64,000 nt of DNA, taken from Azolla caroliniana. Taxonomy: Eukaryota > Plantae > Polypodiophyta. Of the stretch, positions 25,401 through 36,117 are shown piece by piece (within the stretch, counting starts at the first letter, position 1; each line of letters opens with the position of its first letter). The stretch lies in NCBI GenBank assembly GCA_043228905.1, contig JBHGNT010000008.1, positions 7,936,001 to 8,000,000 on the forward strand, read 5' to 3'. The notes beneath the pieces are model-generated. The model was not told the origin of the DNA. It worked only from the letters and a program-made list of their open reading frames with translations, and searched no databases. The position numbers were made by a program, and so were the translations under genes.

Positions 25401-26779
25401 TATTTACACCTAGAAGGTCCAGGTTCATTGAAAGAACCTGGATCTCTATTTGCAGTTCTATTTTACGCTGGGGATCCAGTGGCCCCTCTAATTCAAGCTC
25501 CTGTTGCGCAACCTATTCCAGATAATGCTTGATTAGCACATTTTACCCGTTATTTATAACACAATCACATACCAGCAAAACAATAGTTACCTGAATCTTA
25601 TTTCTAATTGTTGTAACAGCAGAAGTAACTTTGCTCTCCATTGCAGAAGCCATTGTGGCTTTCTCTAAATCAGTCTTAAAAAATGCCAATGTCTCACAGG
25701 CTTCATGGACATTTTTTAGCATATAGCTAACCAATGTCTCACCTGTATCATCGACATTGGCTTTCCTTGGGTGTCGGTGTGGTGTATGCCCCCGGTCTTG
25801 CTGGGAGTCGGCAGTTGCATCAACAGCTGCCATGCTCCAAAATCTGTCTATTTTTTGTGCCAAGGTCCCCATCTTTCGGCATCTTTTTACCGATGCCTCA
25901 CCATAGACTGCCCAAGCTACCCTATACATTTCAGGGTCTCTAGATTCCTTCGCTGTTTTGCAGTACTCATATGCAAATGCTCTAGCAAATGAAACTGACA
26001 ACTCATTGTTGACTGGGATCTCCTGATGAACTTTCTGGTGCAGTCTCATGCAGTCATCGTACAAGTCGGCTCGTACATGCTTCAGCTTGACCTTGCCTTT
26101 GACTCTAGGCACTGTATATACTGTCATCCAGTCTATATCACTGATCAATTTATCACTTAGGACAGCAGGGTCAACACCCTCGAGTGACAGACCATAGGTG
26201 TTGTGGAAGTCCTCCTTTGTCTCGCAAAATTTTGCGAAGTTTAGCACTCTCGTATACGGAGGAACGAGCCATCTGAAATATCATTTCAGAAATCAGAAAT
26301 AGTGCAAAATCAGAATATGTGAGAATCAAAAACCCCAATCAACAACAACAAAAATGGTGCAAAATCTTTAACTTAACCTAATCAAAATCTGTAATCAGAA
26401 GTTTGAAATTAGAAACCCTAATCAAAATCTGTAATCAGAAGTTTGTAACCAGAAACCTTATTCAGAAATTCTAATCAGAAATTTATAATCAAAAACCCTA
26501 ATCAGAAATTTCAATCAGAAACCCTAATAAAAAATTTCAATCACAAACCCTAATCAGAAATCCTAAGCAGAAATTTATAAACAAAAACCCTATTCAGAAA
26601 TTCTAATTTGTAATCAAAATTTGTAACCAGAAACCCTATTCAAAAATTCTAATCAGAAATTTATAATCAAAAACCCTAATCAGAAATTTCAATCACAAAC
26701 CCTAATCACTAAAGACAGGATTAAACACAAAAAAAGTAATATAAACACACCTGTTGCTACTCCCCGATTTGCGAGACAT
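22440..26779 (-). CDS. Transposon cargo gene, five exons (26779-26751, 26272-25591, 25512-25369, 25284-24951, 22975-22440), about 574 aa: unknown N-terminal domain, helical linker, RING-H2-like finger, acidic tail
   Basis: All four introns are GT-AG with matching phases (2, 0, 0, 1) and the exons sum to 1725 nt. CIAC-x~17-CNHTYHLLC-x10-CLGDC fits a C3H2C3 pattern. Confidence 0.7.
22995..24937. repeat. Second intronic array of TAGCTAATTAGCTA (about 1.9 kb, mixed spacer lengths)
   Basis: Same palindrome with spacers CTAGGA/GTAGGA, GCCAG and CTTTACACAACTATGG. Fills intron 24950-22976 of the cargo gene. Confidence 0.97.
26285..26710 (+). repeat. Degenerate ~13-bp AATCAGAAACCCT minisatellite rich in telo-box AAACCCTA, in intron 1 of the cargo gene
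   Basis: Repeated AATCAGAAA and AAACCCTAATC units between predicted exons 1 and 2. Confidence 0.8.
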
Positions 26780-27233
26780 CCTTGTATGGGACTCCAAGGA
26801 CTTCGCCCTATTCGATTTTGGGGAAATATGAATCGGCACCAAAGTTCAGACAGTAGTCAAAAAGAAAAAACAAATGTTTGGGGTTTCTGTAACTGAAACA
26901 TACCTGGACGATGATCGAGCGGGTTCTGTGTTGTAGTTCTCAATCTGCAATGTCGATTTTTTGCTGTTGCGGGAGCTACGTCTGCGTTCGTGCTCTGAGT
27001 ACTCCATCTGCGTTCAAAATCAGACTTAGGCTAAACAGGAAATTGATGACATTGAAGTCGACCTTAGATGATGGTGATATTCCCCAAGTTCCACTACGTC
27101 TGAAACAGAAGTTCAAATATTTGAGTTTTTTCATAAATTAGTTTTTCAAATATTTGATTTTCCCACAAGAAAGACTAGCTAAACAAATAGCTAATTAGCT
27201 ATGGCCATTTTAGTAGCTAATTAGCTATAATAG

Positions 27234-27258
27234 TGTTTCCACTCGCATGCTTTTACCC
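27234..27258 (-). repeat. Right terminal inverted repeat
   Basis: Reverse complement of 15001-15025, followed by TSD TCAA. Confidence 0.95.
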
Positions 27259-27304
27259 TCAACGTGTCTGAATTAAACATCCGAACCGACTCGGCTACTT
27301 CCGA

Positions 27305-30300
27305 TCAGTTTTTGCTCTCGTCCGAGTTGGCTGTCTCCAACTCGTCTTCGGTCTTCTCGTCCTCGATTGCGTCATCTCCCCCATGCGTGGTTGGCTTCGG
27401 CTCTCTCCTTCGGCTGCTCCCCTTCTGTCCGCTTTCGGACTTTTCCGGGGGTGGGGGTCCGCCCTCGGCTTCTTCAGCCGATCCGAAGTCAAACTTGACA
27501 ACCGAGTCAACCGACTCGAACTCAATGTCGCGGTCTCCGCTCCTTTCCTGCTGCCTTGCTTGGTCGTTCGGGACTGTTCTCCCCCTCAAGTATGGCACGT
27601 CGAGGTGACGCAACCCGAGCGCACCTGAGAATTGCTGCAACTTGTCCAGACCAAGAGGCTTGGTGAAGATATCGGCAGTCTACCGAGCCGTCGGCACGTA
27701 TTGAAGTTCGACTTCACCGGAAAGGACACGCTCACGGACGAAATCGTAGTGCACCTCAATGTGCTTGGTCCGTGCATGGAAAACGGGGTTCTTCGCGAGC
27801 TGGGTGCTGCTGAGGTTGTCGCAGTAGATCGTCGTCGGATCAGACACCTCCACTTGCAGATCCTTAAGTAGCCACTTCAACCAAATGGCTTCACATGTCG
27901 TGACAGCCGCTCTTCGGTGCTCGACAGTGCAACTGTCGGCTGCTTCTTATTGCTCCACGCGATCGCGGCACTCCCGAGGGAGAACGCGTATCCGGACGTG
28001 GATTGGTGATCGGCAGCGTTGCCAGCCCAATCAGCATCGGTGTAGCCAACTAACTGCGCGGCTGCACTGGTCTGATATAGTAGTCCGCGGTCCTCAGTGC
28101 CGCTTACATACCATAGTACACGTTGCGCACACTGAAGGTGCTCCTCGGTAGGTCGCGCCATGAACTGACTGATCACCCCGACCGGATAACTGAGGTCGGG
28201 TCGGGTGATGGTCAAGTATATGAGGCTTCCGACAATTTGTCAGAATCTCGTCGGGTCGCATACCTTTCCCGTATCGGGACGAAGCTTGATGGTTCTGTCC
28301 AGAGGAGTCGAGACGGACTTACAGTCGGCCATCCCGAGTTTGAAGAGCATACTCAGCACGTAATGACGTTGGTTGATCAATATGCCTTTGGGGGTACGGA
28401 TCACTTCGATCCCGAGGAAGTAATGAAGGTCTCCCAGGTCCTTCATGTCGAACGATGCCGCAAGTTGGAGCTTCACGCGGTCGATTTCACCTAGGTCGGC
28501 GCCGGTGATGACCAAGTCATCAACATATAGTAAAATACTAACCGGTCCGAGTCGACCTTTCCAGATGAACAGGGAAGAGTCCGATTTCGACGTGACGAAG
28601 CCCATCCGACGCAGTTGTTGCGTGATCTTCGCGTTCCAGGCACGCGGGGCTTGCTTCTGTCCGTAAAGGGACTTCTTTAGTCGGCATACTGTCGAGGAGT
28701 TCGTTCCAGAGTGAAATCCGGGGGGCTGTACCATGTACACTTGTTCCTCAAGGTCACCTTGCAGGAACGCATTCTTTACATCCATCTGATGTAAGTGCCA
28801 CCCCTTGGCCGCGGCTACTGCGAGCAAGACACGGACGGTCGTCATTTTCGCGACCGACGCAAATGTCTCATCATAGTCGATGTCGTGCTTCTGTGTGTAG
28901 CCCTTTGCCACTAGCCGAGCCTTGTACCGGTTGACCGAGCCATCGGTGTTGTACTTGACCTTGTACACCCACCTACACCCGATCGGTTTTACCCCTATTG
29001 GTGTGTCAACCAGGTCCTAGGTCTCGTTCTCCGCCAATGCGTGCATTTCTTCCTCCATCGCGGCACGCCAATTCGCGTCTTTAGCCGCTTCTGCGTAGCT
29101 CTCCGGCTCACGCACTTCCGCTACACGGGTCATGTACGCATAATGATGCGCCATGTACTCGTTGTAACCGAACCGCACAACTGGGTTCTTTTGGCGGGTA
29201 GATCGGCGTAATCTCACATTAGCCGATGTCGAGGCCTTCTCGATCGACGCGGTCTTCATCTTTAAAGACCTGTCACCGGTTCCCTCGGAGTCGGACTCGC
29301 GTCGGTCTGACTCGTTCCTTTCCGTGCCAGAATCGGACACCTTCTTCTTCCCTTTCTCTTTGCGCGTAAGCCGTCTCCTCGGCTTCCTGTGCGGAGAATG
29401 CATGGCCGAGTCTCCACTCCTCGCCGGCTCTTCATCGGACTGGTCGTACCGACTCAGTCGTCCAATCGGTCCACTTAACCGGAGTGAAATCGAACTCTCT
29501 TCGCGGGTCTCGATTTCGGGCTCATTCGGAGGCATCTCGGCCTCGCTGACCTCATCGTCGGAGCTCGGATTGGAGTCGAGGTTCGTAGTCGGGGGCAGGT
29601 ACTAGGACGCGGACTCGTTTAACACAACGTCGCGGCTGACACGCGCTTGTGTGGTGCGAGGGTTATAGCACTTATAACCCTTCTGCTCGTCCGAGTAACC
29701 GACCAAGATGCATTTCTCGGCCTTTGCGTCCAGCTTCCTCCTTTTCTCCTTCGGTATATGCACATATGCAATGCTACCGAACACCCTCAAGTGTCGCAAG
29801 TTCGGCTTCGTTCCGAAATATAGCTCGTGCGCCGACACTTTGTCTCCAATCCGGTTCTGGATGTATACCGCGGTCCTTACCGCCTCGGCCCAGTAGAACT
29901 TGGGCAAGCTCTTCTCCTCCAGCATTGCCCGTGCCGCTTCCACAACTGACCGATTCTTCCTCTCGGCCACGCCGTTCTGCTCTGGCGTGTATCTACAACT
30001 GAATTCGCGCTGAATTCCCATTTGTTGTAGATAACCGTTGAATTGACTAGAAAAGTACTCTTTCCCACCATCCGACCGCAGGCACTTGATCTTTCGTCCC
30101 GTTTCCGTTTCCACGAACCCTTTGAGGTCACAGAAACAGTCGAAGACTTCGCTCTTCCTCTCGATGAAGGAGACGAAATATCGGCTCCCGCCAAGACTAA
30201 CGTTTTGTGCCCGCCCCCAGACATCGGAGTGTTTAAGGTCGGGCTTGTTCTGGTTCCGGTTTCACCCGTTTGGGAAAGGAAGTCGGTGTCGCTTCCCGAG

Positions 30301-31790
30301 CTGGCAGGCTTCACAAATTTGTGCCTTTCGGCCACTAAATTTGGGCAATCCGAACACTACCTGTTTCGATTGCAGATCTTGAAGCCGCTGGTAGTTGACG
30401 TGGCCTATCCCCTTGTGCCACAAGTCGATGTCCGACTCAGTTTTTCTTCCCTTCGTGAACATTGCGGTGCCGCCGTCAGTGGAGTCGAGGATGAAAATCC
30501 TCCCGTCTCTGCGCCCTTGCGCAATCACACAGCCTTCTTCCTCAATGAAGCACCCGAGGTGTGTAAACCGAACCTCCATCCCTTGGTCGACGATTTGTCC
30601 GACCAAGACCAAGTTTTTCGTGATAGTCGGAATGTGCAGCACGTTCATGAGTTTCCCTTTCTGTCCGACATGGCTAAGGGGAACTTCTCCGACATTCGCG
30701 ATCGGATGCGGAGTGTCGTCTCCTGTTGCGACTACTCCAGGTTGTATCGGTTTTTCAAGGTACGAGAACCACTCCTTATGGCTCGTCATGTGGTTTGACG
30801 CGCCGGAGTCTACGTACCACACCTCGTCCGATCTCGGGGTGCTCTGTTTCATTGAGTTTGCTTCGTGTCTCGTCACGAAGGCAGACCCTTCTCCGGCTTT
30901 CCCGGAGTCTTCGGCGTAGTGCGATTGCTGCCGATTTCCCTTGTCGGTATGTCTGGAGCCGTTTCTCTCCGAATCGGCGCGCTTCTTCCAACACTCACTT
31001 TCCCTGTGGCCTTTCTTATTCCGCGATGGCCTTCCCTTGCCGGTTCTCATAACTCCGACTCCCCCTGTTTCCTGAGGGTCCGGAGTTGCTGTCAGCATCA
31101 CTTCGGTGCCTTCTTCCCTGATCTCGTCGGCCGCGTCCATTGCGCGCCGACTCGCCTCATCCTCCACGTCCACGGGGCCTATCTCCCTCCGTGTACAGCA
31201 TTCTGCTGTCGGCGTGCGTGCTTGTAGATGCACCCGCGTGGTTCTCCTCTACCAGGAGCATCGACTGTAAGTCGAAAAAGGACGACGTATTCTCCCGGGT
31301 ACCCACAGCCGTTCGGAACGCTCCGAACTTCGACGCCAAACCTTCGAGACAGATCTGGACCATCTCACTCTCCTCGATGTTCACCTCTATGGAGGCGAGG
31401 GAGTCGCAGATATCCTTGATCTTCGAGGTATAGTCCGCCACCGACAAGTCGCGTTGTCGTAGGTTGCCCAACTCCTGTCGGAGCTAAAGCTTCCTGGCTG
31501 TGGTGCTCGCGGCAAAAATCTTCTTCAGATTTTCCCACGCACCCTTCAGCGTCTTTGCATCCCGAACATAGCTCAATAGTTGTTCGCCCACACACGACGT
31601 GAAGCACTATAATACCCTGCTCGCTGATTGCTCCCACGACGGGAAGTCTCTGTGTGTCGATTCGGGTGCTGCGTCATTAGCTCCTTCGACATAACTCCAG
31701 TAGTCGTGCCCGAGCAGGTACTGGTGCATCTTGTAGGACCAAGATGCGTAGTTGGTTCTGTCGAGCTTCTCTGTTGGAAGCGAGCTCGCC
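27305..31790 (-). pseudogene. Copia gag-pol polyprotein, disrupted
   Basis: [55 protein letters not shown]. Several stops, frameshifts and small deletions. Confidence 0.93.
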
Positions 31791-31876
31791 ATGCCTCTAT
31801 CCATCGTTCTTCTCGTTCTTCTTCGTCAAGTTGTGTCGGCTGCAGAGAGGTTCTCAACCCTCGTGCTCTGATACCA

Positions 31877-32271
31877 TGTAGAAAGTAATGTGCGGAAGCA
31901 AGTATGAAGACCGAACAGAAGGAAGGAAACTCAGGTTTAATGGAGAGCTTGAGCTTACACGGTATACGCGGGAGAGACAAAGAGAGTGAGAGAGAAGACA
32001 CAAAAAACTATATTCAACAATAATACTCAGTCTGTACATAAGACATGCTCAGTGAACACTTTTATACAAGCTCTAGAAGGACTGACCGAAGTACTGACAG
32101 TACTTCAATGCTCATCAAGAGCTCCTACACTAACTCCCAAATATATTCCTTACGGAATATCTTTCCTAACGACCTCCCGGTTTACGCACTCAGCCTAGCC
32201 AATTGGTCCCAACCGATCCAGTCCTCGGCTTCTTCAGCCGAATTGGCCGATGTTGAGCTTGTCTCTCAACA
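31877..32271 (-). repeat. 5' LTR (395 bp)
   Basis: Direct repeat of 14384-14778, adjacent to the tRNA-iMet PBS. Confidence 0.96.
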
Positions 32272-32731
32272 GTTTTTTTAGACGATTTTGTGGTATATGG
32301 GACAACAACCAACCATTTTACGCATCTGCAGCTTTACCTAGAGCATTGCTGAACCGCACGCTTAAGCCTGAATCTCGCCAAATGCGCCTTGGACGTTACC
32401 AGCGGGGCTCTCCTCAGCCACACAGTCAGTAAGGAAGGGATAGCGGTCGATCTGAATAAAATCTCCGTGATTACTCACGTGAAAACACCGACAAACGCGA
32501 AAGCACTCAGCCGGTTTTTGGGACAAATACGATGGCACAGTCGGATGATACACTATTTGGCGGACTTCGCCACGCCGTTACATGCCGTCGTTCATCAGAC
32601 TCCTTTCAAATGGAAAACAATGAAAGAGAAGGCATATGATGCACTAAAGGTAATGCTAATGCAGGCACCCATCGTACAACCACCAGTTTGGGTGAAGCCA
32701 TTCCACGTGTTCGTAGATGCCTCAAACGTAG

Positions 32732-33476
32732 TGATAGGGTGTATAAGATAATAGATAGTTATACACTATATGAGGGCTTGACCAAACCGATTAGATGGAG
32801 TTGAAAATCATAATATATTATATAGCTCTAGGTAATTATGATTAGAGAGTATAACTCAAGAAACTAAGAAAAAAGATAGAGAAAGCGAGCAAGAAATAAG
32901 AATGTTCTGATATTCCAACATCAAGAGAATACAAAGGAGACAAACTCCACATTGAACTAAAACCAAAGACCTTCCTCTTCTAAGACACTTCCTCTTCCAC
33001 AAAGACACTTCTTCCTAACACTCCTCATCCACTCTTTGGCCTTCACTCTTAGCCCCCTCACTAATATCACTTCTTCTTTTATAACCTTCCTCTTCTTATC
33101 CACGTTCATGCTATTTTTAGAAGCTTTTTATCTCCCTATTTTTAGCTATGACACATCGACCTTCTAATCGTCATATCTCCCTCATCCGATATCCAAATTA
33201 AGCGATTTAAAAAGCTATAGAAAGCTCTTTTTACAAGCTTTCTAATCCATATTTAAACGTGATATTTGGATAAACAACGAGGGAGTTATGACCATTCTAT
33301 TTTTACTGTTTTTTATAGTCTGCGTTTTCTCTTTTTACTTTTCTCTTGGTTTCGTACTTTTACTTTTGACTTCTTCCCTAAGGTCTTAGTTCCTGTTCTT
33401 ATCCTCAAAAGGTGAATTATCTATACTTTATATTCTCCTAATGTTCAATGGCTTAGATTCTAAAAACACTTTCACA
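32732..33476. mobile_element. Probable solo LTR (745 bp) inserted in the gypsy RNase H
   Basis: TG...CA ends, flanked by CGTAG and CATAG (5-bp TSD with one CpG transition). Removing it restores DASNVAIGSALMQ. Confidence 0.78.
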
Positions 33477-34117
33477 CATAGCAATAGGTAGTGCGCTAAT
33501 GCAGCTCACAGAGCCGAATTGGTACCGGTCAGTGTACTACGCTAGTCGGAAATAATCAACGGTTGAGCATAACTATTCCACAATGGAACGTGAGGCGTTG
33601 GGTATGATATACAACATCAATAACTTCCGGTATTATCTGTTAGGGCGGAAATTCACGTTTCACGTGGATCATTCGGCACTGCTATATTTGGTAGGGAAGC
33701 AACTGTTGACGGGGAAATTGGCTAGATGGATGCTGCTACTTCAAGAATTCGACTTTGTAATTCAGCACCGCCCGGGTACGCAACATGTAGTGGCAGATTT
33801 CTTGAGCAGACTAGATAATGGAGAAACGGCGCAGAAGGATGATGACGACTTTCCGTATGTGGACATTCTGCGAGTAGCAACTCTAACAGAACAAATGGAA
33901 AAGAATTTTCCGGATCGGTGGCTGATGGAAATGACCTACTTCTTGACCACGGGGTTATCGCCACCCCAATTACGGACGGACAAGAAAAAACGATTGGCCG
34001 TAAGGAGTCGACATTTCTGTTTAGTAGAAGATATACTATACCACAAAGGCAGTGACGGCATCTAGAGGTGCGGAATACGACAGGATGAGAAGGCCGAGAT
34101 TCCTTCCGGCCCAGCGT

Positions 34118-35029
34118 TGTCGTGAAGAATGTGCTTCACGATATAAAATTGAGCTTAAATATTGTATTTAATAATATTTGAGAGACTTGAACCCACATTC
34201 TTATATACAAAGTACAATGTACATACCACTAGGCTAAGCTATTTATTTGTAAAGGTTTGTAAAAAAAATGTCCTTCATGATATAAGAATAAAGCTATATA
34301 TTGTATTCAGTAAAATAATAGACTTGAACTCTCAACCTTATATACCAAACACAAAGCATACACCACTAAGCTAGGTTAGTTATTTTAGAATACACTTTCA
34401 TCATTATACTTATCCCATATTTATTTTCATACATAGCCATCATGCATCACATGCAATGCATGTGCACCAAATGGCGATCATGCATTACATGTAACTCATG
34501 CATTGCATGCATGCCATGCTCCCATACATTACCATATGCATGGCAACACTTATATAAAGAGGGGCAAGGAAACAAGAGGGGATCATCAAGAGAGAGTGAG
34601 AAATTAATATAATCAAGTAAAGAAGATTACTTCATTGGGTAGAGAACCTCTCGTTTTGAAGCTGAGGTCGTGGGTTCAAATCAAAGGTCGGTAGAGACTG
34701 TGATCAAGGATTGTAAAGTTGGTAAAATATTGTTTTTTTAATATACATCATGTTTATATCAAATACTCTTGCTTCTTGAATCATACTTTGTCTCAATCTT
34801 CCTTCTTAAATCATACTTTGTCTCTATCTTGCTTCTTGAATCATATATTGTCTCTATCTTCTATCTGTTCTCCTCTCTCTCACACACACACATTACTCAT
34901 AACTCTTTTTCTTGCTATTTTTAACCTTTCTAACATCAACATACAAGCCTTATTAAAATTTAAGTTCCTTCAACTCCGCTTAACCTTAGTCCCTACGACT
35001 TCGCCGCACTAACCACAACTACCCCTACA
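34118..35029 (+). repeat. 5' LTR (912 bp) containing tRNA-like A/B-box modules
   Basis: Direct repeat of 41346-42269 with scattered substitutions and a ~13-bp indel. TATATAAA near 34551. Confidence 0.95.
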
Positions 35030-35220
35030 CATTTGGTGAACCCGATGTGAAGGTGGCGACAAGGAGAAATGGAGGAGCAAATGAGGCTTATGTGTACGAT
35101 GATGGAACGAGTGATGTGGGAACAAGGGATGATGGCAAGCATCAACAAAGCCGTCGACAATATTCTCGCACGAGTAGGAATCTTCGAAGGTATAAATTTA
35201 ACAAGATTTCTGAAGATTTA

Positions 35221-36117
35221 GAATGAAGAAATTCTTAAACGTGGTGTCGACGAAGCTGCAAAAATTAATAGCTTTAGTCGAGTCGCTACGATAGGGCTAC
35301 AAGAGAGGATCCAAGAGCTCCAGAGGGAACATCAAACAGGGGCGGCTTTCGAAAGAGCATTGCTAAATGAATACAACCTCAACAATATGTCAAGGATTTA
35401 GAATGAAGAAATTCTTAAACGTGGTGTCGACGAAGCTGCAAAAATTAATAGCTTTAGTCAAGTCGCTACGATAGGGCTACAAGAGAGGATCCAAGAGCTC
35501 CAGAGGGAACATCAAACAGGGGCGGCTTTCGAAAGAGCATTGCTAAATGAATACAACCTCAACAATATGTCAAGGATTTAGAATGAAGAAATTCTTAAAC
35601 GTGGTGTCGACGAAGCTGCAAAAATTAATAGCTTTAGTCGAGTCGCTACGATAGGGCTACAAGAGAGGATCCAAGAGCTCCAGAGGGAACATCAAACATG
35701 GGCGGCTTTCGAAAGAGCATTGCTAAATGAATACAACCTCAACAATATGTCAAGGATTTAGAATGAAGAAATTCTTAAACGTGGTGTCGACGAAGCTGCA
35801 AAAATTAATAGCTTTAGTCGAGTCGCTACGATAGGGCTACAAGAGAGGATCCAAGAGCTCCAGAGGGAACATCAAACATGGGCGGCTTTTGAAAGAGCAT
35901 TGCTAAATGAATACAACCTCAACAATATGTCAAGGATTTAGAATGAAGAAATTCTTAAACGTGGTGTTGACGAAGCTGCAAAAATTAATAGCTTTAGTCG
36001 AGTCGCTACGATAGGGCTACAAGAGAGGATCCAAGAGCTCCAGAGGGAACATCAAACATGGGTGGCTTTCGAAAGAGCATTGCTAAATGAATACAACCTC
36101 AACAATATGTCAAGGAT
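35221..36117 (+). repeat. Five tandem copies of a 180-bp gag segment
   Basis: GAATGAAGAAATTCTTAAACGTGG... recurs at 35221, 35401, 35581, 35761 and 35941, nearly identical. Confidence 0.97.

Larger units (their letters stand above)
15001..27258 (+). mobile_element. Complete 12,258-bp TIR DNA transposon, Sola2-like, with transposase and cargo gene
   Basis: TIRs GGGTGAAAGCATGCGAGTGGAAACA (15001-15025) and TGTTTCCACTCGCATGCTTTTACCC (27234-27258), 24/25 match. 4-bp TSD TCAA (14997-15000 and 27259-27262). Host copia sequence resumes on both sides. GRG termini, 4-bp TSD and transposase motifs fit Sola2 as recalled. Confidence 0.9.
14384..32271 (-). mobile_element. Full-length but degenerate Ty1/copia element interrupted by the DNA transposon (own sequence 14384-15000 and 27263-32271)
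   Basis: Paired 395-bp LTRs, 5-bp TSD GTTTT (14379-14383 and 32272-32276), PBS TGGTATCAGAGC at 31865-31876, PPT at 14779-14790. gag-PR-INT-RT-RH motifs with stops. Confidence 0.96.
10726..34100 (+). mobile_element. Degenerate non-chromovirus Ty3/gypsy element (Athila/Tat-type RT) split by nested insertions. Own sequence is 10726-14383, 32277-32731 and 33482-~34100. 3' part deleted.
   Basis: LTR-like start TGTTG at 10726. gag from ATG 11464, protease VIDGGSG near 13115, RT 13947-14383 rejoining at 32277 to give MQVFLDDF, RNase H FHVFVDAS..EREALG..VADFLSR, then pre-integrase sequence. Confidence 0.88.

Noticed and set aside
26285-26710. Interstitial telomere
   Set aside because: AAACCCT units are separated by other sequence and do not form (TTTAGGG)n runs.
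34182-34682. Functional tRNA genes
   Set aside because: A/B boxes are present but acceptor and anticodon stems do not pair. Reported only as tRNA-like LTR modules.
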